Assembly (NCBI GenBank): GCA_963640685.1 | Contig: CAVIAA010000001.1 | Coordinates: forward strand, 66,395 to 130,394 | Direction of reading: 5' to 3' | Source of the DNA: Acutalibacteraceae bacterium | GTDB taxonomy: Bacteria > Bacillota > Clostridia > Christensenellales > CAG-138 | DNA: 64,000 nucleotides | In this document: piece after piece, positions 7,915 through 16,346 of the stretch | Numbering within the stretch: the stretch's first letter is position 1 | Layout of the letters: each line of letters opens with the position of its first letter | Made by a program: the position numbers and the translations under genes | The notes under the pieces: model-generated | The model's input: the letters and a program-made list of their open reading frames with translations, nothing else | What the model was told of the DNA's origin: nothing | Database searches by the model: none

Positions 7915-7959
7915 AAAGGGAACGTTCCCTTTTGTATTTGTGTACCCACAAATACAAAA
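7915..7959. promoter_or_regulatory. Two overlapping perfect palindromes (operators or leader hairpins)
   Basis: AAAGGGAAC|GTTCCCTTT at 7915..7932 is an 18-bp perfect palindrome. TTTTGTATTTGTG-TACC-CACAAATACAAAA at 7930..7959 has 13-bp perfect arms. They lie 66-110 bp upstream of the lipoprotein start codon. Confidence 0.7.
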
Positions 7960-8024
7960 AACACTTCTTGAACAATGGGCAAAGCTCGTTTAGTTCATAA
8001 ATTATCAGGAGGAAAGAAGAACAC

Positions 8025-9269
8025 ATGAAGAAACTTATCGCTCTGATGCTGGTCATCGTTATGGCAGTTTCCTTCGCGGCTTGCTCTCAGCCCGCCGCAG
8101 AACAGTCTGGCGAAGCTGCTACCGCAGAAGGCACCGCCGAAGCCGCTACCACAGAAGCCGGCGATCTCAAGTGGGATCCTACTAATGTTCAGGCGTCCAT
8201 AGAGGCCGCTGTTGCAGCGACCGATGGCAAGATCGCCATTATCACCAACACCGTATCCCAGAACGAGGAAGAGTACCGTTCTGCAGCCGCTATGGTTGAA
8301 AAGTACGGCAACCGTGTCATTCACGACACCATGCCCGATAACTTCATGGCCGAGCAGGAGCAGTTCATCTCTGTAATCAATAAGTACGGCTCCGATCCCG
8401 ATGTAAAGTGCCTTATCATCAACCAGGCCTGCCCCGGCTCCAATCCCGGCATCGACAAGGTTGCTGAGGTTCGCGATCTGGAAGACCTGCTGGTCATCTA
8501 CTGCACTCCCCAGGAGAACCCCACCGACATAACCACCCGTGCCGACATCACCATCTCCGTTGACGAAGTAGGCAAGGGCGTATTCATGGCTGACAAGGCC
8601 AACGAAATGGGCTGCAAGACCTTCGTGCATTACAGCTTCCCCCGCCATATGGCGCAGGTAACTCTGGCAGGCTGCCGCGATAAGATCAAGGCAAGGTGCG
8701 AAGAGCTGGGCATTGAGTTCATCGACGCTACCGCTCCCGATCCCACCGGTGACTCCGGCCTGTCCGGCTCCCAGCAGTTCATCCTTGAGGATGTACCCAA
8801 GATGGTAGAGCAGTACGGCACCGAGACCTGCTTCTTCACCACCAACTGCGCTATGCAGGTTCCCCTCATCAAGGCTGTTTACGATGCAGGCGCATACTAT
8901 GTGCAGCCCTGCTGCCCCAGCCCCTATCATGGATTCCCCAGCGCCTTCGGTATCGAGAGCCCCGAGGATCTGGTTGGCGGTCTTGAGGCCACTATCGAAG
9001 CCGAAAAGAAGTACGTTGCAGACGCCGGTCTGACCGGTCACTTCTCCACCTGGGCGGTTCCCGCTTCCATAGCAAACACTGTTGCCGGCACCGAGTACGC
9101 CTTCCTGTGGATGGCCGGCCTCGTTGGCAACTGCGATTCCGACGTTATGAGCGCGCTGCTGAGCGACTACTGCAACGCCGACGCTGCTCTGACTCCCTTC
9201 GTAGATCCCGGTACCGGCGAAGTCACCGAGAACTACCTCGTATATCAGCTCGGCTACCTCGATTTGTAA
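8025..9269 (+). CDS. ABC transporter substrate-binding lipoprotein (type-I PBP fold, DUF3798-like)
   Basis: It has a lipoprotein signal peptide with lipobox (MKKLIALMLVIVMAVSFAAC) and a Gly/Ala/Glu-rich linker. It lies immediately upstream of CUT2-type ATPase and permease genes and has a strong AGGAGG RBS. The family assignment is from memory of DUF3798 proteins. Confidence 0.75.
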   Translation: MKKLIALMLVIVMAVSFAACSQPAAEQSGEAATAEGTAEAATTEAGDLKWDPTNVQASIEAAVAATDGKIAIITNTVSQNEEEYRSAAAMVEKYGNRVIHDTMPDNFMAEQEQFISVINKYGSDPDVKCLIINQACPGSNPGIDKVAEVRDLEDLLVIYCTPQENPTDITTRADITISVDEVGKGVFMADKANEMGCKTFVHYSFPRHMAQVTLAGCRDKIKARCEELGIEFIDATAPDPTGDSGLSGSQQFILEDVPKMVEQYGTETCFFTTNCAMQVPLIKAVYDAGAYYVQPCCPSPYHGFPSAFGIESPEDLVGGLEATIEAEKKYVADAGLTGHFSTWAVPASIANTVAGTEYAFLWMAGLVGNCDSDVMSALLSDYCNADAALTPFVDPGTGEVTENYLVYQLGYLDL

Positions 9270-9309
9270 TTCGAATGTCGGTTTGATGGTTTGATCGTTT
9301 AGCTAAAAC

Positions 9310-9347
9310 GGGGCGGCTGCGAGCGTTCGGCTCCGCCGCCCCTTTTA
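9310..9347 (+). terminator. Intra-operon terminator/attenuator after the binding-protein gene
   Basis: An 8-bp GC stem GGGGCGGC/GCCGCCCC is followed by TTTT. Confidence 0.7.
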
Positions 9348-9437
9348 ACTTGCATACGTTATTATATTATTTAAAGCCTTATCCGCAATATTCTTTAACC
9401 ATTGCTAAACCCAAGCTAGAAAGGGGATCTACAAGTT

Positions 9438-11027
9438 TTGGCCGAATCAATTTTACGTTTTGTAAACGTGGGAAAGTCTTACGGCAGCAATCAGGTGCTT
9501 AAAGGGATAAACATGGATGTTCGCCCCGGCGAGATACATGCCCTTATAGGCGAAAACGGCGCCGGCAAGTCCACGTTGATGAATATACTTTTCGGTATGC
9601 CGGTAATACACGAAACCGGCGGCTTTGATGGTACCGTTGAGATAGGCGGCGAGGATGCACACATATTGACACCTCATGATGCCATGGAAAAAGGCATAGG
9701 CATGGTGCATCAGGAGTTTATGCTTATCCCCGGATTTACCATAACCGAAAACATTAAGCTCAACCGCGAAATCACCAAGCCTACCGTGCTTTCAAAAATA
9801 TTTGGCAAGCGCCTGCAGAAGCTCGAAATGGGCAGCATGAATGCCGATGCCCGCAAGGCGCTGGATACCATGGAAATGGACATTGAAGAGTACACGATGG
9901 TACATGGCCTGCCGGTTGGCCATATGCAGTTCGTTGAGATTGCCCGCGAGATAGACAAGACCGGCATACGCTATCTGGTATTTGATGAGCCTACCGCCGT
10001 GCTGACTGAGACGGAGACCGAGAACCTCCTTGCCGCGATACGCCGCCTTGCAGCAAAGGGCATAGGAATAATCTTTATAAGCCACCGCCTCGATGAGATA
10101 ATCAGCTTGTCCGACCGCGTTACTATACTCCGCGACGGCGAGCTGGTTGCTACGAGGGACACAAAGGACATAACCGCAGCCGAGATAGCGAGGCTGATGG
10201 TTGGCCGCGCACTCACGCTGGATCGCAACGAGAGCGGCCGCAGTGTGAGCGATGAGGTGATGCTTGAGGTCAAGGGGCTCAGGGTAAATATGCCCGGCGA
10301 AAGAGTGCATGACGTCAGCTTCAATGTGCATAAGGGCGAAATAGTCGGCATAGGCGGCCTTGCGGGGCAGGGCAAGCTGGGCATTGCCAACGGCATAATG
10401 GGCCTTTATCCTGCGGACGGCGAAGTGCTGTTCAAGGGCAAGGAGCTTAAGCTGAACGACACAAGGGATGCGCTTAAATCCGATATAGCCTTCGTCAGCG
10501 AGGACAGAAAGGGCGTGGGGCTTTTGCTCAGCAGCCCGATAGACCTAAACATAGCCTTTACGGCGCTCGAAACCGACGGTAAGTTCATAAAGAGCTACGG
10601 TCCGATAAAGGTTGCTGACAAGAAGGCCATTCGGGAGCATGCGGACAAGATGATAAAGGAGCTGGATATCCGCTGTACCTCCGCCGCGCAGAACACCGGC
10701 GCGCTTTCCGGCGGCAACCAGCAGAAGGTGTGCGTGGCTCGCGCGCTTACTCAGCAGCCGGAGCTGCTGCTGGTATCCGAGCCTACCCGCGGCATAGACA
10801 TCGGCGCGAAAAAGCTGATACTGGATCTGCTCAAGAGGCTTGCGGAAGAGCAGGGAATGACCATTGTCATGACCAGCTCGGAGCTTGCGGAGCTTCGCAG
10901 TATTTGCGACAGGGTACTCATAATCTGCGAGGGCAGGGTCGCGGGCGAGCTGAAGCCCGAGGCGTCCGATGAGGAATACGGTCTTATGATGTCCTCCGCT
11001 CATGCATCAAAGGAAAAGGAGGCATAA
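9438..11027 (+). CDS. ABC transporter ATP-binding protein, duplicated ATPase (CUT2 / RbsA-MglA-like)
   Basis: It has two ABC domains. The first has Walker A GENGAGKST and DEPTAVL. The second has LSGGNQQK. It uses a TTG start. Confidence 0.9.
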   Translation: MAESILRFVNVGKSYGSNQVLKGINMDVRPGEIHALIGENGAGKSTLMNILFGMPVIHETGGFDGTVEIGGEDAHILTPHDAMEKGIGMVHQEFMLIPGFTITENIKLNREITKPTVLSKIFGKRLQKLEMGSMNADARKALDTMEMDIEEYTMVHGLPVGHMQFVEIAREIDKTGIRYLVFDEPTAVLTETETENLLAAIRRLAAKGIGIIFISHRLDEIISLSDRVTILRDGELVATRDTKDITAAEIARLMVGRALTLDRNESGRSVSDEVMLEVKGLRVNMPGERVHDVSFNVHKGEIVGIGGLAGQGKLGIANGIMGLYPADGEVLFKGKELKLNDTRDALKSDIAFVSEDRKGVGLLLSSPIDLNIAFTALETDGKFIKSYGPIKVADKKAIREHADKMIKELDIRCTSAAQNTGALSGGNQQKVCVARALTQQPELLLVSEPTRGIDIGAKKLILDLLKRLAEEQGMTIVMTSSELAELRSICDRVLIICEGRVAGELKPEASDEEYGLMMSSAHASKEKEA

Positions 11028-11030
11028 ACA

Positions 11031-12068
11031 ATGGGTAAATTGATCCGCAGAATGGGAATACCTACCTTTGCCGTGTCCGCGCTGCTGCTGGTCGTGCTGG
11101 TAGCTGCGTATGCAATGGGGCAGTCAATTCCCGTGCTTCTTACCGATATATTGCGCCGCGTTGGCATGAACGGCATACTGGTGCTTGCAATGGTGCCCTC
11201 GATAAAGTCCGGCGTCGGCCCGAACTTTGCGCTGCCGATAGGCATAGTGGGCGGCCTTTTCGCCCTCATGTGCTGCATGCAGCTCGATCTTATGGGCTGG
11301 AGTCTGATCGGCTGCTCAATACTGCTGGCAATAGTCATATGCAGCCTCATGGGCTGGGCATATGGCAAGCTGATGAACGCCGTTAAGGGCGCCGAAATGA
11401 CGATAGCGACGTATACCGGCTTCTCGATCGTTGCGTTCTTCAATATACTCTGGCTGTCGCTGCCCTTCTCCAACCGCAAGATGGGTTGGATGCTGGGCGA
11501 TGGCCTCCGCGAAACGATACAGATGGACGGCTTCCAAGCGGACAAGATAGTGTCCGACTTCATGGGCTTCAATATCGGCAGCGTGTATATCCCGACCGGA
11601 ATGATACTGCTGCTGCTGTTCACCTGCGTCGTCGTGAGCATATTCTTCAAGACGAGAACCGGCCTTGCAATATACGCGGCCGGCGTCAATCCGAGGTTTG
11701 CGGAGGCGAGCGGACTCGATATCGACCGCAGCCGCGTTATAGCAAACATGATCTCCACCGTGCTCGCGGGCATTGGCATAATAATCTACTCTCAGGGCTA
11801 CGGCTACGCGCAGATATACAACGGCCCGCTGAATATGGCGTTCCCGGCAGTGGCCGCAGTGCTTATCGGCGGCGCAACGGCGACAAGGGCAAGCTGCGTA
11901 AACGTCGTCGTAGGCGTATGCATATTCCAGGGGCTCATGACGGCGGCAATGCCGGTCGCAAATGCCCTGTTCACCGGAACCGACCTTTCGGATATAATGC
12001 GTCAGGTCATACAGAACGGCGTTATACTCTACGCCCTTACGCAGGTTAAGAAGGGAGGCGGCAGGTAA
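11031..12068 (+). CDS. ABC transporter permease (CUT2-type)
   Basis: The 345-aa polytopic protein has a 3-nt gap from the ATPase stop. Its stop overlaps the next permease start (TAATG). Confidence 0.85.
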   Translation: MGKLIRRMGIPTFAVSALLLVVLVAAYAMGQSIPVLLTDILRRVGMNGILVLAMVPSIKSGVGPNFALPIGIVGGLFALMCCMQLDLMGWSLIGCSILLAIVICSLMGWAYGKLMNAVKGAEMTIATYTGFSIVAFFNILWLSLPFSNRKMGWMLGDGLRETIQMDGFQADKIVSDFMGFNIGSVYIPTGMILLLLFTCVVVSIFFKTRTGLAIYAAGVNPRFAEASGLDIDRSRVIANMISTVLAGIGIIIYSQGYGYAQIYNGPLNMAFPAVAAVLIGGATATRASCVNVVVGVCIFQGLMTAAMPVANALFTGTDLSDIMRQVIQNGVILYALTQVKKGGGR

Positions 12069-13378
12069 TGGAAGACCTTGTCAAGAAGAACCAAAATAAA
12101 TTCAGCATCGGGCAATTCGTGCTGGATAATATCGTTACGATAATTTTCTGGGTGTTCATCGTGCTGGGCCTTGCGCTTGCAAAGAGCGTAACGTTCAACT
12201 GGTTCCTTACAGAGCTGAGCAACCGGTTCTACCGAAACGCGTTCCTCGTGCTTTCCCTGATAATCCCGGTAATCGCCGGCTTGGGGCTTAACTTCGGTAT
12301 AGTCGTTGGCGCAATAGCGGGGCAGCTCGCCATTATACTGGTTCGCTACTACTACATAGGCGGCTTCGGCGGCTTCCTGCTCTGTATGTTCATCGCGCTG
12401 CCGATAGCGGTGCTCTTCGGCTGGCTTACCGGCACACTGTATAACAAGACCCGCGGTCAGGAAATGATAGCTTCGCTGATAGTGGGCTACTTCGGCACCG
12501 GCATATATATGTTCATAGTGCTGTTCCTTATCGGCGGCGTCATACCCGTTCAGCCGGATCACCCGATAATCCTTCCCGGCGGCGTAGGCATCCGTATGAC
12601 GATAGATATGGATACTATAAAATATGCGCTGGAGGGCATTTGGCAGGTACCGTTTGCCGTGTTTATGGCGGTGGCCTCAGGCCTCGTGCTGCTGTATCTC
12701 ATATGGAGCCAGTTCCTTCGCAAGCTGAAGCCGGGTCAAACCCGTCTTAACAGCTTCAAGTTCTATCTGTACGCTGCGATAGCGGCAGTCATACTCGTCG
12801 TATTCGCTTATCAGGCGGCTACAAAAGGCAGGCTGAGCATGGTTCGCAAGGTGCCTATGGGTACCGTGCTGATGATAGTGCTGCTCGCTGCATTTACAAA
12901 GTGGATAATGACCACCAAACTGGGTCAGGATTTCCGCGCCTGCGGCCAGAACCAGTATATTGCGGAGTCCAATGGCATAAACGTTGACCGCACCCGCATA
13001 ATCGCCACCATAATTTCGACCGTTCTGGCGGCATGGGGTCAGATAATCTACATTCAGAACATTGGCACCCTGAACGTATACACCGCACATAACCAGATCG
13101 GCCTCTTCTCGGTTGCGGCGATACTGGTCGGCGGTGCGTCGGTAAACAAGGCGACGGTATCTCAGGCCATAATGGGAACGCTGCTGTTCCACTCCATGTT
13201 CATACTAAGTCCCGAGATAGGCCAGGCCGTGTTCGGTCAGGCGATACTCGGCGAATACTTCCGTACCTTCATGGTATACGGCGTAATCGGCCTCTCCCTC
13301 GGCCTGTATGTCTGGAAGGCAAACAAGCAGAACAAGCTCACGCTTGAGCCGCGCGCTGTGGAAAATGCCAACAAGTAG
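12068..13378 (+). CDS. ABC transporter permease (CUT2-type, extended 436 aa)
   Basis: It is polytopic and translationally coupled to the previous permease. Its C-terminal half is typical of the RbsC/BmpE-like family. Confidence 0.85.
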   Translation: MEDLVKKNQNKFSIGQFVLDNIVTIIFWVFIVLGLALAKSVTFNWFLTELSNRFYRNAFLVLSLIIPVIAGLGLNFGIVVGAIAGQLAIILVRYYYIGGFGGFLLCMFIALPIAVLFGWLTGTLYNKTRGQEMIASLIVGYFGTGIYMFIVLFLIGGVIPVQPDHPIILPGGVGIRMTIDMDTIKYALEGIWQVPFAVFMAVASGLVLLYLIWSQFLRKLKPGQTRLNSFKFYLYAAIAAVILVVFAYQAATKGRLSMVRKVPMGTVLMIVLLAAFTKWIMTTKLGQDFRACGQNQYIAESNGINVDRTRIIATIISTVLAAWGQIIYIQNIGTLNVYTAHNQIGLFSVAAILVGGASVNKATVSQAIMGTLLFHSMFILSPEIGQAVFGQAILGEYFRTFMVYGVIGLSLGLYVWKANKQNKLTLEPRAVENANK

Positions 13379-13412
13379 ATAGACATAAAGCACATACAAA
13401 GAGTATAATTAA

Positions 13413-13446
13413 AAGGGCTGTTCCCCGTGGCAGCCCTTATTTTTTA
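13413..13446 (+). terminator. Rho-independent terminator after the ABC operon
   Basis: The stem AAGGGCTG/CAGCCCTT is followed by ATTTTTT. Confidence 0.8.
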
Positions 13447-13468
13447 AGAGTGAAAGGGAATATAAACC

Positions 13469-14563
13469 ATGAGAGCGGAATACATAAAGAAGCTTGCCAA
13501 CATGATGAAATACGACGCGATGCTCATATCCCCTTCCGAGGAGATGCGCTTTTTTGCCGGCTTTTCGCCCATGATGTGTGAGCGGTTTCAGGCGCTTTTC
13601 GTAAAAAAGAGCGGCGAGTGCTTTTACCTTTGCAATACCCTGTATGCAGATGAGATCGCCGAGGGGCTGAAGCACCAGTGCCCTGTCTACCATTGGCACG
13701 ACAACGAGGGAATGGATAAAGCATATGAAATACTTAAAAAAGAAGGGCTTGCCGGAAAAACCGTTGGCGTAAACTCGACTGCGCAGGCATTTAATGTGCT
13801 GGATATAGGCCGAAACTGCGGCATAAACTTCCTTAACGGCAAACCGCTGCTGGAGGAGGTACGCATAATCAAAACTCACGAGGAGCTTGAAAATATGCGG
13901 CTTTCTGCAAGGGTGGCCGACAGCGCATTTGAAAAGGCCTGCGCCATGATACGCCCGGGCATAACCGAGGGCGAGGTCCGTGACGTCATAGTGGGCACGA
14001 TGGCGGCGCAGGGCGGCTGCAACTTCGATTGCATAGTTGCCTCCGGCCCAAACAGCGGCTACCCCCACTACAACAGCTTTGACAGGGTGATACAGGAGGG
14101 CGATTGCATCGTTTTGGATTGGGGCTGCGCCATAAACGAGATGATGTCCGACCTGAGCCGCACGGTTTTTGTCGGGAGCATTACGGACGAGCAGCGCAAA
14201 ATATACGAGCTCGTTGACCGCGCCCAGCTTGCAGCGCAGGCCGCAGCCGTTGAGGGCGCATATATACCCGATATAGATAAGAAGGCGCGGGAGGTGCTGG
14301 ATGAGCAGGGCTATGCGCATACCTTGGTAAACCGCGTTGGTCACGGTATAGGCTACTCTGTTCATGAGGGGCCGTATATTAACCAGATAAACGACAGAAG
14401 ACTGGAGCGCGGAATGTGCTTCTCAATTGAGCCGGGCGTATATCTGGGCGGCAGGTTCGGTATGCGCGTTGAGAACATCGTCTGCATAAACGAAAAAGGC
14501 GAGTCCGAGGTACTGAACAAGGCGGATAGGAGCCTTAGGATACTCGATTGGTACAAAAAATAG
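13469..14563 (+). CDS. M24 family Xaa-Pro aminopeptidase/dipeptidase
   Basis: It has pita-bread-fold motifs: DWGCAINEMMSDLSRT, GHGIGYSVHEGP, FSIEPGVY and RVEN. Confidence 0.9.
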   Translation: MRAEYIKKLANMMKYDAMLISPSEEMRFFAGFSPMMCERFQALFVKKSGECFYLCNTLYADEIAEGLKHQCPVYHWHDNEGMDKAYEILKKEGLAGKTVGVNSTAQAFNVLDIGRNCGINFLNGKPLLEEVRIIKTHEELENMRLSARVADSAFEKACAMIRPGITEGEVRDVIVGTMAAQGGCNFDCIVASGPNSGYPHYNSFDRVIQEGDCIVLDWGCAINEMMSDLSRTVFVGSITDEQRKIYELVDRAQLAAQAAAVEGAYIPDIDKKAREVLDEQGYAHTLVNRVGHGIGYSVHEGPYINQINDRRLERGMCFSIEPGVYLGGRFGMRVENIVCINEKGESEVLNKADRSLRILDWYKK

Positions 14564-14592
14564 GCTAAAGACAGGAAGCAAGGAGAATAGAA

Positions 14593-15774
14593 ATGATATA
14601 CCGCAATTTTAAGGGCGAAGAACTGTCCGCGCTGGGTTTGGGAACTATGCGCTTGGCGACGATGAACGGCAAAAGCGAGGATATTGACGAGGCCAAAACA
14701 CGGGAAATGGTGGCGTATGCAATGCAGAACGGCATCAATTATTACGATACCGCTTGGATGTATCACGGTGGAAATTCCGAAACGGTGATAGGCCGGGTGC
14801 TTTCGGATTATCCGAGAGAGAAATTCAACCTTGCGACAAAGTTTCCGGGAAATATAAAGGAAAACATAACCAAGGTTGAGGAAATATTCCAAAGACAGCT
14901 GGAAAAGTGCCAGGTGAATTACTTTGACTTTTATCTGTTCCACAACGTATGCGAGGTCGATGTCGATGATTACATGAATCCCAAATACGGCATTATGGAT
15001 CACCTGCTCAAGCAAAAACAGGCGGGGCGGATACGCCACCTCGGCTTTTCTGCTCACGGGCGAGTAGATGTAATGCGCCGCTTCCTCGATGCATATGCGA
15101 GTGAGCTTGAGTTCTGCCAAATTCAGCTGAACTATTTGGATTACAAATTCCAGCACGCAAAGGAAAAGGTCGCGCTGATAAGCGAATACGGTCTGCCGGT
15201 TTGGGTAATGGAGCCGCTCAGGGGCGGAAAGCTGGCAAGGCCGAACGAGAAATATATGGCGGAGCTTAAGACGCTGCGGCCGGAGGAGAGCGCGGCGGGC
15301 TGGGGCTTCAGGTTCCTGCAGAGCCTGCCCGAGGTGACTATAGTGCTTTCCGGAATGTCCGATATGCAGCAGCTTAGAGACAACATAAGCACCTTTGCGG
15401 AGGATAAGCCGCTTGGCGACGGCGAGATGAGGGCACTGTTGGGTGCGGCAGATAAAATGATAGAGGAGATAGCCCTGCCCTGCACCGGCTGCCGCTACTG
15501 CACGGCGAAGTGCCCGAAGGGGTTGGATATACCGATGCTTATTGAGCACTACAACGAGCATGTTTATTCCGAGGGCGGGCTCAGAGCGCCGCTTTGGCTC
15601 GCGTCGCTGCCCGAAAGCAAACAGCCCTCTCAGTGCATCGGCTGCAGAAGCTGCGAGGCGGTGTGCCCGCAGGAGATAAAAATATCCGAGGTAATGAAGG
15701 ACTTTGTGGAAAGACTGAAAACGGTGCGCGACGGAGCTGCATATGGCGTAAGGCCGCAGACAAGCTCCCGGTAA
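14593..15774 (+). CDS. Aldo/keto reductase with C-terminal 4Fe-4S ferredoxin-type domain
   Basis: The AKR N-terminus reads LGLGTMRL...YYDTAWMYHGG. It has the Cys motifs CTGCRYCTAKCP and CIGCRSCEAVCP, and an AAGGAG RBS. Confidence 0.9.
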   Translation: MIYRNFKGEELSALGLGTMRLATMNGKSEDIDEAKTREMVAYAMQNGINYYDTAWMYHGGNSETVIGRVLSDYPREKFNLATKFPGNIKENITKVEEIFQRQLEKCQVNYFDFYLFHNVCEVDVDDYMNPKYGIMDHLLKQKQAGRIRHLGFSAHGRVDVMRRFLDAYASELEFCQIQLNYLDYKFQHAKEKVALISEYGLPVWVMEPLRGGKLARPNEKYMAELKTLRPEESAAGWGFRFLQSLPEVTIVLSGMSDMQQLRDNISTFAEDKPLGDGEMRALLGAADKMIEEIALPCTGCRYCTAKCPKGLDIPMLIEHYNEHVYSEGGLRAPLWLASLPESKQPSQCIGCRSCEAVCPQEIKISEVMKDFVERLKTVRDGAAYGVRPQTSSR

Positions 15775-16346
15775 TGGCGGCGGAAATAAGAAGCGTAACC
15801 ATAGGTGATAGACGGGTCGAGTATGAGCTGCACCGCAAAAAGGTGAAGAACCTCAACCTCCGTATACGCGCTGACGGCTCGGTATACGTTTCCGCAAGCC
15901 CAAGGGTGAGCATAGGTGCGATAGAGCGCTTTATGCAGAGCAAGGCGGGGCTTATACTTTCTGCCGTGGACAGGGCGATGGCAAATGCCGACACCTTGCA
16001 GGAGTGCACTGAGGAGAAATGCAGGACGGCGCTTTCGGCATCACTTGAGAGAGTGTATCCGCTTATACGGCCATATGGGGTAAAAATGCCGGAGCTTAGG
16101 CTGAGGAGCATGACCTCCCGCTGGGGAAGCTGCTCCTATACCGCCGGGCGCATAACGCTCAACAAGAGGCTCGCTGCATATCCCAAGGAGGCCGTTGACA
16201 TGGTGACGCTGCATGAGCTGTGCCACTTTATGCATCCGAATCACTCGAAGGAATTTTATGCGCTGATGACGGAGTTAATGCCGGACTGGAAGCAGCGCAA
16301 ATTGCTGCTGAGTGAGAAACAAGGAACAGGAAAAATCACGGAATGA
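15774..16346 (+). CDS. YgjP/DUF45-type (M48/SprT-like) zinc metallohydrolase
   Basis: It has the HExxH motif LHELCHFMHPNHSKEFYALM...PDWKQRK. I set the start at ATG 15774, which overlaps the AKR stop (TAATG). The longer ORF from 15594 lies inside the AKR gene. Confidence 0.8.
   Translation: MAAEIRSVTIGDRRVEYELHRKKVKNLNLRIRADGSVYVSASPRVSIGAIERFMQSKAGLILSAVDRAMANADTLQECTEEKCRTALSASLERVYPLIRPYGVKMPELRLRSMTSRWGSCSYTAGRITLNKRLAAYPKEAVDMVTLHELCHFMHPNHSKEFYALMTELMPDWKQRKLLLSEKQGTGKITE

Noticed and set aside
7611-7982. A 123-aa ORF on the minus strand inside the AT-rich island.
   Set aside because: It has a TTG start and no Shine-Dalgarno sequence. Its AT-rich composition is unlike neighbouring genes. 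It runs straight through an intrinsic terminator hairpin and the tandem repeat. I treat it as non-coding.
15594-15773. A longer N-terminal extension of the DUF45/YgjP-like gene (ORF-track start 15594).
   Set aside because: The extension lies entirely inside the AKR gene in another frame. The ATG at 15774 gives a family-typical N-terminus and a TAATG coupling junction.
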